Positions 25,130 through 33,392 of a stretch of DNA of 53,674 nt are shown here, one piece after another. The notes beneath the pieces are model-generated. The model had not been told where the DNA came from. It worked only from the letters and a program-made list of their open reading frames with translations, and made no database searches. The number at the start of each line of letters is the position of its first letter. The first letter of the stretch is position 1. The position numbers were made by a program, and so were the translations under genes. Source of the DNA: a virus; the IMG/VR virus record IMGVR_UViG_3300022723_000142, positions 1-53,674 of that record. One strand, given 5' to 3'.

Positions 25130-27775
25130 TTAACTGTACAGGGCATTTAGAGTGTCGACGGCTGTCCCTTCAATTAGGTCATTGATCGCAAATACCAGTG
25201 CATCAAGGCGGTTTGGGCTAGGCATTCCCGGCTGCCATGTACACATCTCACGCTCCAAATCTACAAACGTCCCAACGTGATGAACTTTCCCCGCCTCATA
25301 TTGTTGGTGCGCTGGTTCGGCCCGAATAAGTTTGCCGCGACTGGATGTAGATTCTTTCACTGCAACAGTAGGGTCAATCAGCAGGACAGTCGCTTTCACC
25401 ATGTCGCCGCCAAAGTTGCGTTCAGCTACCAGATAATTAGCTTTCAAATCATGGTATCGGTCGATCACTGCCTGGAATCTTTCATTTGGGGTTCCCTTCA
25501 AACTGTCATCGTTGAGCACATACAGATGGCCGCTCGCTGCCTTACCCACCGCAACGTTACCGGCCTCTGTCGTAGAACTGCCCGAAGGATCAACGCCGAT
25601 CACAATCCTGATCAGCTCAGGGGTGCTGGTGACACGATACGGAGTGATGTCTCTGTCTTTGTCCCATAGCCCTCCGTCCGGTTCGTCTTCATGCTGTGAT
25701 TCGGTAAGGAATGTCCTCAGCCCCCACTTATTAATCTGTCGTTCAATGACTTCGAGGTTTTGTCCTTCTGGCCATGTGGGTTTGCCGCCACTGACGCGGT
25801 AAAGGTTTTGTTTTTTCTGATCGCTCCAATACTGCTCATATTCCAGGTCTATAGCAGCGGGCTCTTCAGTAACGGTTGCCCCTAGCAATATTTCCGCCCG
25901 ACCATCAGCAACTTGAGCGATCGCGCTGTCTTTGTGAATTTTGTTTTGCACAAAAAGCACGGTGGCATCGGTGGACTCAGCAGCGAGGATGTCACGGGAT
26001 ATTGTCTTGAGCTTCTTGGCAGTGGCTTCTGGCGTGTCGTGGGTGCCGTCGATATCATCCAATATTATGAGGTCGGGACGCTGTTCCTGAATACGAGCTC
26101 CACGAATCCGGCTATTCAGTCCCACACCAACGACGCCGAACCCATTCACCGTTTGCAACCGTTGGGCTGTCCAGTTGAGGGAAGCTGAGTATTTGTTGAG
26201 GGCACGGGGGACACCCATCTGTTCCAGCAATGCCGCGATCGCCTGCACATGCAAGTCGGCTTGATCTTGAGTGCCACAGACATACAGCGCCAATCGACGT
26301 TTCAACGAGCAAGCAAAGTACGCACAGAGCTGTTCTGCGATGGTGCTGTTGTGAGTTACCAAAAGATTTGTAATTAAGTTTTGATTACGCTCAACTTGAA
26401 CATCATAAGTTTCTCTGTCTCCCACGTCCTCAATTTTGACAACTTTGTCCCAAAAAACATCGGCTTTTTCTAGCCAAACCCATTGCGGCAAAGGCTCGTA
26501 AGTGATTGCTTTTTGAAGCTTTCCCCTGGTAATGTCGTAATCCTTCCCCAGTCGAGGCCCACCAGCGTTCCGGATTTTTCGATTAGTTCCTTTTGGCAGA
26601 CCTAACCCCACTTGACGCGGATAAGTGTCAAAAAGACTGTATCTGTGCTTTTCGCAAACCTTTTGCAGTTTTTCTTTTTTTAGAATTAGCGGCATCATAT
26701 CTCTGCATCGACTTAAGCAGTTCTGATCGATCATTAGTCTCCAAGCGCCTGCATAGTCATTAGGAGCTTCGATTGTTGAACTAATGACGCCAACTTGAGC
26801 CAGCAAAATTTCAAGGTCTTTCACTAACGCCTGATTAGCTAGAGCAATCCCCATCTTGCGCTCTTCTACCCAGCCATCGGTATCAAACATAGCTGCTAAA
26901 AAAATCCACTTTTGACGCTCTGGCAACTGAAAGACAAACTTAGGCACTCTCTTTTGAGTAGCTAATTTGTCTTTAATCCCTACGTTTTTAATCCACTGAC
27001 GCCCAAAACCTTTTAAGTTGTAGCCATATATCCCACAACGCTTAACTTCCATGCCCATTGCGTTAGCACAATAAATAAAATCCCTGACTATACACTCATC
27101 TGCATTTGTAAAACTACAATTATTAGACGTTGTAGAACCCTCGGCAATCATATAAGCCAGTAACTTAACCTCTTCATCTGGCCTGTCGATTACAGCAGAA
27201 ACGCTTTTTAAGTGGCGAGGTGAGGCGATCCTATCTTGCAGCGTCAATTCCCCTGCCAGCTTCCATCCGTCAAAAGTCCGCACTTTGTGGTCAGAAGTTA
27301 AGACAACTGATTTCCCTGTTGCCGTAGTCACCTGAATGCATGGCTTGATGCCGCTAAAAACTTTAGCGATGATGGAGTCGCCTTCGATCTGCCCAGACGC
27401 CTCATTCCAAGAAAGTATTTTTTCCCCTGGCTTGATTTCAGAAATAGGAGCTAACGACCCATCGAGTAAAGACAACATGGTATTTGCATCCAAGCATTTT
27501 GCACCGCCCCTACCCCATATCTCAACACGTGGCGTTGCGGGCTGTCCTGATTCGATAGCCTGGCCCCATTCCCAAACAGCCCTATGGCGATCTCCGTTAG
27601 GGATGAGGGTACCAGGTAGAGTGCGGGATAGGAATGCTTGTGGGGTTTCGGTGGGAGATGGGATGAGGTGAGGTGGGAGTGTGGGTCTTTCGTTTGTCGG
27701 CTTTACCCCTAACTCCTCAGCTAAACCATCCCACCAACTGTCTAAGCGCTCTGTTGTTGCTCTTTTTCTTGCCAC
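25130..27775 (-). CDS. terL: Terminase large subunit interrupted by an intein
   Basis: 881 aa. P-loop-like 'WGRGGAK|C...HN|ST' is split by the intein. After removing 383 aa, the 498-aa extein is typical in size. Downstream 'LIILDDIDG' resembles Walker B. Located after terS and before the portal gene. Confidence 0.75.
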   Translation of the reverse strand: MARKRATTERLDSWWDGLAEELGVKPTNERPTLPPHLIPSPTETPQAFLSRTLPGTLIPNGDRHRAVWEWGQAIESGQPATPRVEIWGRGGAKCLDANTMLSLLDGSLAPISEIKPGEKILSWNEASGQIEGDSIIAKVFSGIKPCIQVTTATGKSVVLTSDHKVRTFDGWKLAGELTLQDRIASPRHLKSVSAVIDRPDEEVKLLAYMIAEGSTTSNNCSFTNADECIVRDFIYCANAMGMEVKRCGIYGYNLKGFGRQWIKNVGIKDKLATQKRVPKFVFQLPERQKWIFLAAMFDTDGWVEERKMGIALANQALVKDLEILLAQVGVISSTIEAPNDYAGAWRLMIDQNCLSRCRDMMPLILKKEKLQKVCEKHRYSLFDTYPRQVGLGLPKGTNRKIRNAGGPRLGKDYDITRGKLQKAITYEPLPQWVWLEKADVFWDKVVKIEDVGDRETYDVQVERNQNLITNLLVTHNSTIAEQLCAYFACSLKRRLALYVCGTQDQADLHVQAIAALLEQMGVPRALNKYSASLNWTAQRLQTVNGFGVVGVGLNSRIRGARIQEQRPDLIILDDIDGTHDTPEATAKKLKTISRDILAAESTDATVLFVQNKIHKDSAIAQVADGRAEILLGATVTEEPAAIDLEYEQYWSDQKKQNLYRVSGGKPTWPEGQNLEVIERQINKWGLRTFLTESQHEDEPDGGLWDKDRDITPYRVTSTPELIRIVIGVDPSGSSTTEAGNVAVGKAASGHLYVLNDDSLKGTPNERFQAVIDRYHDLKANYLVAERNFGGDMVKATVLLIDPTVAVKESTSSRGKLIRAEPAHQQYEAGKVHHVGTFVDLEREMCTWQPGMPSPNRLDALVFAINDLIEGTAVDTLNALYS
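26348..27496 (-). mobile_element. Intein (383 aa) with LAGLIDADG homing-endonuclease domain
   Basis: Starts at Cys94 'CLDANTMLSL' and has block B 'VLTSDHKV'. LAGLIDADG motifs 'LLAYMIAEGS' and 'FLAAMFDTDGWV'. Ends 'LLVTHN', followed by the +1 Ser. Confidence 0.85.
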
Positions 27776-28206
27776 TTCAGTTTCATAGCCCGGATAAAGT
27801 CAGCGGGAGTTATGTCAAGCTTGACGGCCATCTCTGCCAATTCTTCAGCGGTTGGCGGGAATAGTTCGCGCTCCGCCTTCAGCAACGATACAAGCGCACT
27901 GGCGCACCCTTCTTTTGATTTCGCATCGACAGTAGAAACCTCTGCACTGATATCAGCGATCGCATCTTTGATCGCTTGGTAGCCATCAATCCCGCGCCGA
28001 CGATTGACATCCTTCCCGCCTTCAACTTTTCCTTGCTCTTTTTGCTCTCGCTGGGCGGTCCAATTGCGATCAGACGATAGCGCTTTCACGGTAGAAAGAC
28101 CAATGCCAAATTCGGTGGCCAATGCTCTTAAGCTGGGCTTTGGGCTGCGGTCTAAATAAGCCCGCTCTATTGCTCCGATCAATTTACTATCAATAGCTTT
28201 AGGCAT
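27742..28206 (-). CDS. terS: Terminase small subunit candidate
   Basis: 154 aa. N-terminal HTH-like 'SLRALATEFGIGLSTVKALSS'. Lies immediately upstream of terL and overlaps it. Confidence 0.5.
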   Translation of the reverse strand: MPKAIDSKLIGAIERAYLDRSPKPSLRALATEFGIGLSTVKALSSDRNWTAQREQKEQGKVEGGKDVNRRRGIDGYQAIKDAIADISAEVSTVDAKSKEGCASALVSLLKAERELFPPTAEELAEMAVKLDITPADFIRAMKLKWQEKEQQQSA

Positions 28207-28363
28207 TTGGACTGTGGTCTCAATGTCTCAATCCTAGCTTATCCCCTCTCCTCCGTCACCATCTCCACATCGCCAATTTCCGCCGACCTCTTGACCTGCC
28301 ACACCGGATAAGGCAAGCCACCCATCTCGGCGACACCCAACAATCGGCGATCGGGTACCGCAA

Positions 28364-28394
28364 CAAAAAGCCGCCCGGATGCATGGGCGGCTTT
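28364..28394 (-). terminator. Rho-independent terminator
   Basis: The - strand reads AAGCCGCCC-ATGCATCC-GGGCGGCTTTTTG, downstream of the 28485..28682 gene. Confidence 0.7.
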
Positions 28395-28484
28395 GAGCTG
28401 TGAGCGTATCTTGAGGTGCCTAGATTCTACTCTGTGTAGAGATCTTCGGTCAAAGTCAGAACCTCCCAGAGTGAACCAACCAAG

Positions 28485-28682
28485 CTATCGTATTGGTGAC
28501 GCTCGTTGCCGTCGCTTGCGTTCGGCAGGCGTCATGGGGCGATCGCCGATGCACTGCCCACCACGAGGGCGATCGCTAGGCTCTATACTGGTCCGCCCGC
28601 AGTTTTTGCACTTCCACCGCTGGCGACCTCGATAGGTGCCGTTTTTGTGGGTGTTGGGACTGTTGCAGTAGGGGCAGATCAT
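28485..28682 (-). CDS. Small zinc-ribbon protein (InsA/transposase-like Zn ribbon)
   Basis: 'CPYCNSPNTHKNGTYRGRQRWKCKNCGRT' is a CxxC...CxxC pattern, followed by a basic tail. Confidence 0.5.
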   Translation of the reverse strand: MICPYCNSPNTHKNGTYRGRQRWKCKNCGRTSIEPSDRPRGGQCIGDRPMTPAERKRRQRASPIR

Positions 28683-28781
28683 AGTTTGATTTCACCTCGC
28701 GCTGAAGCGACGGGGCTGCCAAGCTATCGGACAGTTGTCGTGCAAAGCACCTCAATGGAGGGGCGGTGGTTTGAGTTTTAT

Positions 28782-29069
28782 TTAAGCGACTTGGCAGTCT
28801 TCAAAGAACTCGCCAAACTCTTCAGCGAAAGCCTTAGCTTCAGCCAAGGTGCGAAACCCCTCTTCAGGGTTGCCGTCGATGTCCTCTGCATTGTGGTCTT
28901 CAGCGGACACAAACCAGCGACCGTCTTCTTTAGTGATGATAATTTGATAGTTACCCTCTAGAGCATAAAAGGCGTTGGTGATGTAGTCACCCATGAACCG
29001 AACCCACTGACCTCGATAAGCGTTATCAAGAGCTTTGATTTGCTTTTGGATGGTCGCTTGAGTAGTCAT
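28782..29069 (-). CDS. Hypothetical acidic protein
   Basis: 95-aa ORF. Confidence 0.5.
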   Translation of the reverse strand: MTTQATIQKQIKALDNAYRGQWVRFMGDYITNAFYALEGNYQIIITKEDGRWFVSAEDHNAEDIDGNPEEGFRTLAEAKAFAEEFGEFFEDCQVA

Positions 29070-29471
29070 TTTGCCTGTGCTCCTTTGCTTGGTATGTACC
29101 CACTATAGCAACACATTCACGTGACTGTCAACACATTTGCGCGACGATTATGAAGCTCTCCCCACCTGGCAGAGCCGAGGCGGGGGTGTCCTATGCTAAT
29201 CTCAGACTATCCTGAGTCCAGAGATCACACAGACAAGCCCAGCTTCTAGGCGACCGTCCAGAACGTTTGCTGGTTCGAAATGAAGCAGGCATGGAATCGC
29301 GATCTGCAGTTGTGTCACTGCTCATCAAAGAAGGACTGCCGCAGCTGTGGTGAAATTTTGAGCAGTATGGAGAATTAGGTGATGACGATGCTTTCCCCGA
29401 CACCCTGACCTCCCGCACCTGATGGCCCAGATTGCGACGACGGCACGCGATCGCGGGACGGAGCAGCGGGG

Positions 29472-30140
29472 TTAGAGTGGACTGTTAAACGTTCTTGCTG
29501 TTTTTACGGGGTGAGTGACTGCATATTTGTAAGGCTTGCGAATTTGCTTACAAATGTTGGTTTGCCTATCTTCGTAAACTTCCGCCCATGTAGATGGGGT
29601 GAATCCTAAGCTGGTAAGCATGTACCCAATAGCTACATCTTCAGAAGGTGTATAGTTCTTTGAAAATAGCGGCTTATATATTCTTTTCCCTTCTACAAAA
29701 GAATCGTTAATAATATTGCTGCTTAATAGTTCAACCATTAAATGGCGGGAAAAACCCACACAGTAACCCATTACCACATTAAAGTTATTTCCTAATCCTG
29801 GCTCAGATTGTACTTGATAGGTTGTATCCCCAAACCAATGAGCAGAGGGGATAGCGTGAAAATGTCGCCAGATATACGTATCAGGATCAACCTGTATAAA
29901 AATGGCTGCTTGGCTATTCTGGATGCATTTTTGAAAGTTACGCCTAATAAACAGCCTTATCTTCCCTCTTTTCTTTAGATGGTTTCCGCAAATTGTTTTA
30001 ACCCCTGTCCATGAAGGGTTGGACTCATCATCAGTTATGCACAATATATCTGAGTCTGGATAGAAAAACTGTATTTGTTTGACGAGCCGATCTGCCAATC
30101 TTTTTTCTTCTTGATGAAAATTGAAATAGAAACAAATCAT
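29472..30140 (-). CDS. Glycosyltransferase-like protein (GT-A-like DxD), in the AT-rich island
   Basis: 222 aa. 'IFIQVDPDTYIW' (DxD) and 'GYCVGFSRHLMVELL' resemble Fringe-type/GT-A transferases. The assignment is weak. Confidence 0.3.
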   Translation of the reverse strand: MICFYFNFHQEEKRLADRLVKQIQFFYPDSDILCITDDESNPSWTGVKTICGNHLKKRGKIRLFIRRNFQKCIQNSQAAIFIQVDPDTYIWRHFHAIPSAHWFGDTTYQVQSEPGLGNNFNVVMGYCVGFSRHLMVELLSSNIINDSFVEGKRIYKPLFSKNYTPSEDVAIGYMLTSLGFTPSTWAEVYEDRQTNICKQIRKPYKYAVTHPVKTARTFNSPL

Positions 30141-31090
30141 CTTAGTGTCAATAAATCAAAGTTTCTTTGCCCTAAGTATATGTTTATGTATTCAGCCATT
30201 TTATTGTATACATATTCTTCGCTAAAACTAGCAGAGTTTCTATCCTCTAAAAATTCATAGTCAAGAGTTGATAGTGTCGCTGATTCCGTTGTTGAAGTAG
30301 AAAAATTGACTGCAATCCCTGATCTTGTGTCGCTTATTTGAATTCGTGTTCCATTTGCAGCAACAATGAAATAGGGCGTTTTTTCTGTTAAATCAACAGA
30401 GACAGCAGTGTCGAACCAAATTACTTGGCCAACAATAAACGATTGATTAATCGTTGTTAGGCATTCAAGTTCGTTCAGTGTTTCATCTATTTCAAACGAC
30501 AGCGAGCTGCCAAAGCTATAAAGAGCCGGGCTTGGATAGCCTTCTGATGAAGGTGTATTAAATACTGATTCTAAATGAATATCAAAACCATCTGGTACTC
30601 CTATCACAGGGGTACTAGGTCCACTGTTATTACCCCCTCCGAGACTTATTTTATCTTGGGGGACGAATATTTTTGCCCCAATCAGAACAGGGGTGTTTGA
30701 AGAGATGAAAGATGAAAATGCAATTAGGTCGTCAGAATAATTGGCTTCGCTGTTAAAACCATTTTTATCGTGATAACTAACATTTGCTTCATCTTGAAAT
30801 GTAATTATAAGAAACTCCCTTGAGGAAGGAAAGGAATACTCTGTTGCTTTGGTGCTCCACCAATCTAGATATCGTTCATTTTCTTCGGATTCGTCAACGA
30901 CGATAAAAACATCTGATTGCGATGGCGTAAGATTTCCCAAAGAAACGAGTTCAGCCTTTATTGCATCTAGCGCGGTGAAGACGTTTGGCACCTTTTCGGA
31001 CGTAAGAGAACCGGAATTATCAACAATCAAAAGAATATAAAAGGGCAAGCTCCCACCGCCTATATGCTGGCACCGAATAATCCTGGCCAT
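30137..31090 (-). CDS. von Willebrand factor A (vWA)-domain protein, in the AT-rich island
   Basis: 317 aa. 'FYILLIVDNSGSLTS' matches the MIDAS DxSxS motif after a beta strand. Coupled to both neighbours (TAATG and ATGA overlaps). Confidence 0.5.
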   Translation of the reverse strand: MARIIRCQHIGGGSLPFYILLIVDNSGSLTSEKVPNVFTALDAIKAELVSLGNLTPSQSDVFIVVDESEENERYLDWWSTKATEYSFPSSREFLIITFQDEANVSYHDKNGFNSEANYSDDLIAFSSFISSNTPVLIGAKIFVPQDKISLGGGNNSGPSTPVIGVPDGFDIHLESVFNTPSSEGYPSPALYSFGSSLSFEIDETLNELECLTTINQSFIVGQVIWFDTAVSVDLTEKTPYFIVAANGTRIQISDTRSGIAVNFSTSTTESATLSTLDYEFLEDRNSASFSEEYVYNKMAEYINIYLGQRNFDLLTLR

Positions 31091-31722
31091 TAAAAAACCA
31101 CCATTCGAAATTCAGCCTGAATCCGCAGCCGCTCGCCACTGGTGCCGGTCAGCGTAACGATGAAGTTAGTTTCGATAGGTAGCTTCTCCCCCACGGCATA
31201 GTTGGGGGTGGCGTCGGCGTAGGTGCCGCTTACAGTGCCATCATCGTTCAGGGTTTCAACTCTTACATCAATCACGCGGTAGGGGATCTCACTACGAAAC
31301 AGGATGTAGCCTTTATCTTCCGCGCTCTCGATTGTGATGTGGGCGATCGCGCACAGCAAGGCGCGAATCGCTTTTTGGAATCGTTGGATAGCCTGCCAAT
31401 GTGCCGCGACTTGTCCGACCAGGTTCGTGGTTTCACCCTGTATGGCCTGCTGCCGTTCTTTCAGCGCCAAGTATTCCTCAGTCTGGGGGGCGGTGGCGGG
31501 GGTATAGGACTCACCGCCAAGCTCTCGAATTTCGCCGCCCGGAGCCGTGACAGTGGGGGCAGGTCGCTGCGATTCCTCAATTTCTCGTTTGAGGCGTGCT
31601 TCCCGTGCCTTCTTCAAGCGATCGCCGCCGCGAGCTGAGCGGGTGCCGCCCCTCAATCGTTCACGACTGCGGGCGTTGGTTCGTTGTAGGCGGCTGGGGT
31701 CGGGGGAAGGTAGGTTGGTCAT
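31090..31722 (-). CDS. Hypothetical tail-module protein with basic N-terminus
   Basis: 210-aa ORF. The N-terminal 60 aa are R/K-rich. Confidence 0.5.
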   Translation of the reverse strand: MTNLPSPDPSRLQRTNARSRERLRGGTRSARGGDRLKKAREARLKREIEESQRPAPTVTAPGGEIRELGGESYTPATAPQTEEYLALKERQQAIQGETTNLVGQVAAHWQAIQRFQKAIRALLCAIAHITIESAEDKGYILFRSEIPYRVIDVRVETLNDDGTVSGTYADATPNYAVGEKLPIETNFIVTLTGTSGERLRIQAEFRMVVF

Positions 31723-32525
31723 TACGCAACAACTCCAGCACCGAAGGCATCAAGTAGGTTTTCTGCATGGTTGCTAAAGTTTGCCGCTTGAGCCGTGTCC
31801 CACCCACTTGCAATAACATCTAAAGCGTACTCATCTGAACTACTATTATTTAGTGAATAATTATTATGTCCCCCCCCTAAATAAGTACGCACGGTGGGTA
31901 GTCCGGTGCTTGCTATAGATGTGGTGCCTTGCGATACACCTCTTGAATACAAGGTTGTTAAATTAGAAGCAGTACGAGAATACAGTTGCATCCCTGTCGG
32001 GTTGGTCGTCTGAATGCCAACAGGAATAGAATCGCTATTTATCGTACTAAGGGCGACGGCCGTCCCTCCATCACTGGTGCGTAGAGATATCGCAGCAGCA
32101 CCAGATCCTACGCGTCCTGCCATATCGGTGCCACCCGTGTCACCAAAATCTCGTTTGTAAAATCCGTAAGTGGCGCTATTTTGGGTCAGCCCAGACGTGG
32201 AAGGGGTCACATTAGTATCAATAAAACTTGTGCTACCGTTACCGGCAAAACCTTGCCTTGCGGTAAATGTCATATTTGTTTGAGTTGCTGTGTGGCTAGT
32301 TCCTTTGATATTTAACAGGGCATCGGAAGCATTATCCAGGGCGTAGATCCGGCAGGCAACAATGTCTGAATACAAAGAATCATCCTTTAGGCTAACAAAG
32401 AAATCATTAATTGCATCCAACTCCGCCGTTGAGTAGGTGCCTGTAAGTCGGTCAATGTAAGCCTGGGCATCGGCATCATAGTCCTCCGTCGCACCCATCA
32501 TCATCGTCATCGGAAACGTAAACAT
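31722..32525 (-). CDS. Hypothetical tail-module protein (fibre-like composition)
   Basis: 267 aa, G/S/T/A-rich. Confidence 0.45.
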   Translation of the reverse strand: MFTFPMTMMMGATEDYDADAQAYIDRLTGTYSTAELDAINDFFVSLKDDSLYSDIVACRIYALDNASDALLNIKGTSHTATQTNMTFTARQGFAGNGSTSFIDTNVTPSTSGLTQNSATYGFYKRDFGDTGGTDMAGRVGSGAAAISLRTSDGGTAVALSTINSDSIPVGIQTTNPTGMQLYSRTASNLTTLYSRGVSQGTTSIASTGLPTVRTYLGGGHNNYSLNNSSSDEYALDVIASGWDTAQAANFSNHAENLLDAFGAGVVA

Positions 32526-32992
32526 TATGCAAATGCTCCCGAAAACACTAGGTCAACATTTGTTCCGTCGCTTACTCCGGTCAAGTAGTCCACGGCATTG
32601 GCATCAGTAGATAGTGTCGGCTCCGTGCCACCAGGGAAGCGATAGGCAGTCCCATAGCTCAGTGTCCGGCTTCCAGTGCCATCCTGAATCACTCGGAATA
32701 TAAATGTCTGTCCATCTACTAGATTTGTAGGATTGTCTAGAGTTCGGTTGCCGCCCAACGTAACCTCAAACACGTTGCCCAAGCTGGCATCTACGGAGAT
32801 GTTGGCTCCATCTGTTAGTGTCACCGTGCCCACTTGTTGAGCGGCGGTGTAAGTGTTTTCCGACGAGGTTATGTAAGTCTTTATTTGTGCCCCTGTAACT
32901 TTTTCCGCAGTCGTCCCTCCAGTGTCGGTTTCAAGCTGCATTGATTCAGTAACAGCGGAAGCAGCGCTTAAGTCGTTGATTTTTGTTCCCAT
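32525..32992 (-). CDS. Hypothetical tail fibre/receptor-binding-like protein
   Basis: 155 aa. The N-terminus 'MGTKINDLSAASAVTESMQLETD' resembles fibre/spike N-termini. Confidence 0.35.
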   Translation of the reverse strand: MGTKINDLSAASAVTESMQLETDTGGTTAEKVTGAQIKTYITSSENTYTAAQQVGTVTLTDGANISVDASLGNVFEVTLGGNRTLDNPTNLVDGQTFIFRVIQDGTGSRTLSYGTAYRFPGGTEPTLSTDANAVDYLTGVSDGTNVDLVFSGAFA

Positions 32993-33000
32993 TTTCTCTC

Positions 33001-33384
33001 CTAGCTAGCGGGCATAGTTCCAGTACAAGCGGTCAGGTCAATTGATTGACCTGAGCTGATAGAAGTGGTAGAAAGCACTACATCATTCTCGAATGTACCG
33101 ACATCAGTGCCGCTCCATACAACCGTATCGTCCGCATCTCTGACCCGATACTCTGCCGCTGTGCCTGTGGCCACAGCAGTAGCGCTGATGGGTAAGCTCG
33201 CAGCAGTAGCGACGCCAGTAGCCGCATCCCCGAACGCAGTAGCGTCCAAATCAAACGTAACTAGCACGGAGGCAAATCCGGTTGTCCCAATTTGCAATGT
33301 GCCGTTGGAACCTGCACCAACATCCACTAAGTCAACGATTGCATCGCAAGCGGCGTTACGGGCAGCAGTTGTTAATGTAGCCAT
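33001..33384 (-). CDS. Hypothetical tail-module protein
   Basis: 127-aa ORF. Confidence 0.45.
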   Translation of the reverse strand: MATLTTAARNAACDAIVDLVDVGAGSNGTLQIGTTGFASVLVTFDLDATAFGDAATGVATAASLPISATAVATGTAAEYRVRDADDTVVWSGTDVGTFENDVVLSTTSISSGQSIDLTACTGTMPAS

Positions 33385-33392
33385 AAATCCTC

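Noticed and set aside
28230-28330. 28-codon - strand ORF (MGGLPYPVWQVKRSAEIGDVEMVTEERG) upstream of terS.
   Set aside because: It is too short and featureless to support from sequence alone. The region more probably holds the terS promoter.
29255-29290. tRNA-like T-loop string GGTTCGAAA in the 400-bp gap 29070..29471.
   Set aside because: No 5-bp T stem, acceptor stem or anticodon arm can be drawn around it on either strand. I found no other tRNA-like region in the window.
29191-29418. 75-aa - strand ORF in the gap after the AT-rich island.
   Set aside because: It has an S/R/P-rich low-complexity product, no SD and no coupling to neighbours. The region is left as non-coding of unknown function.
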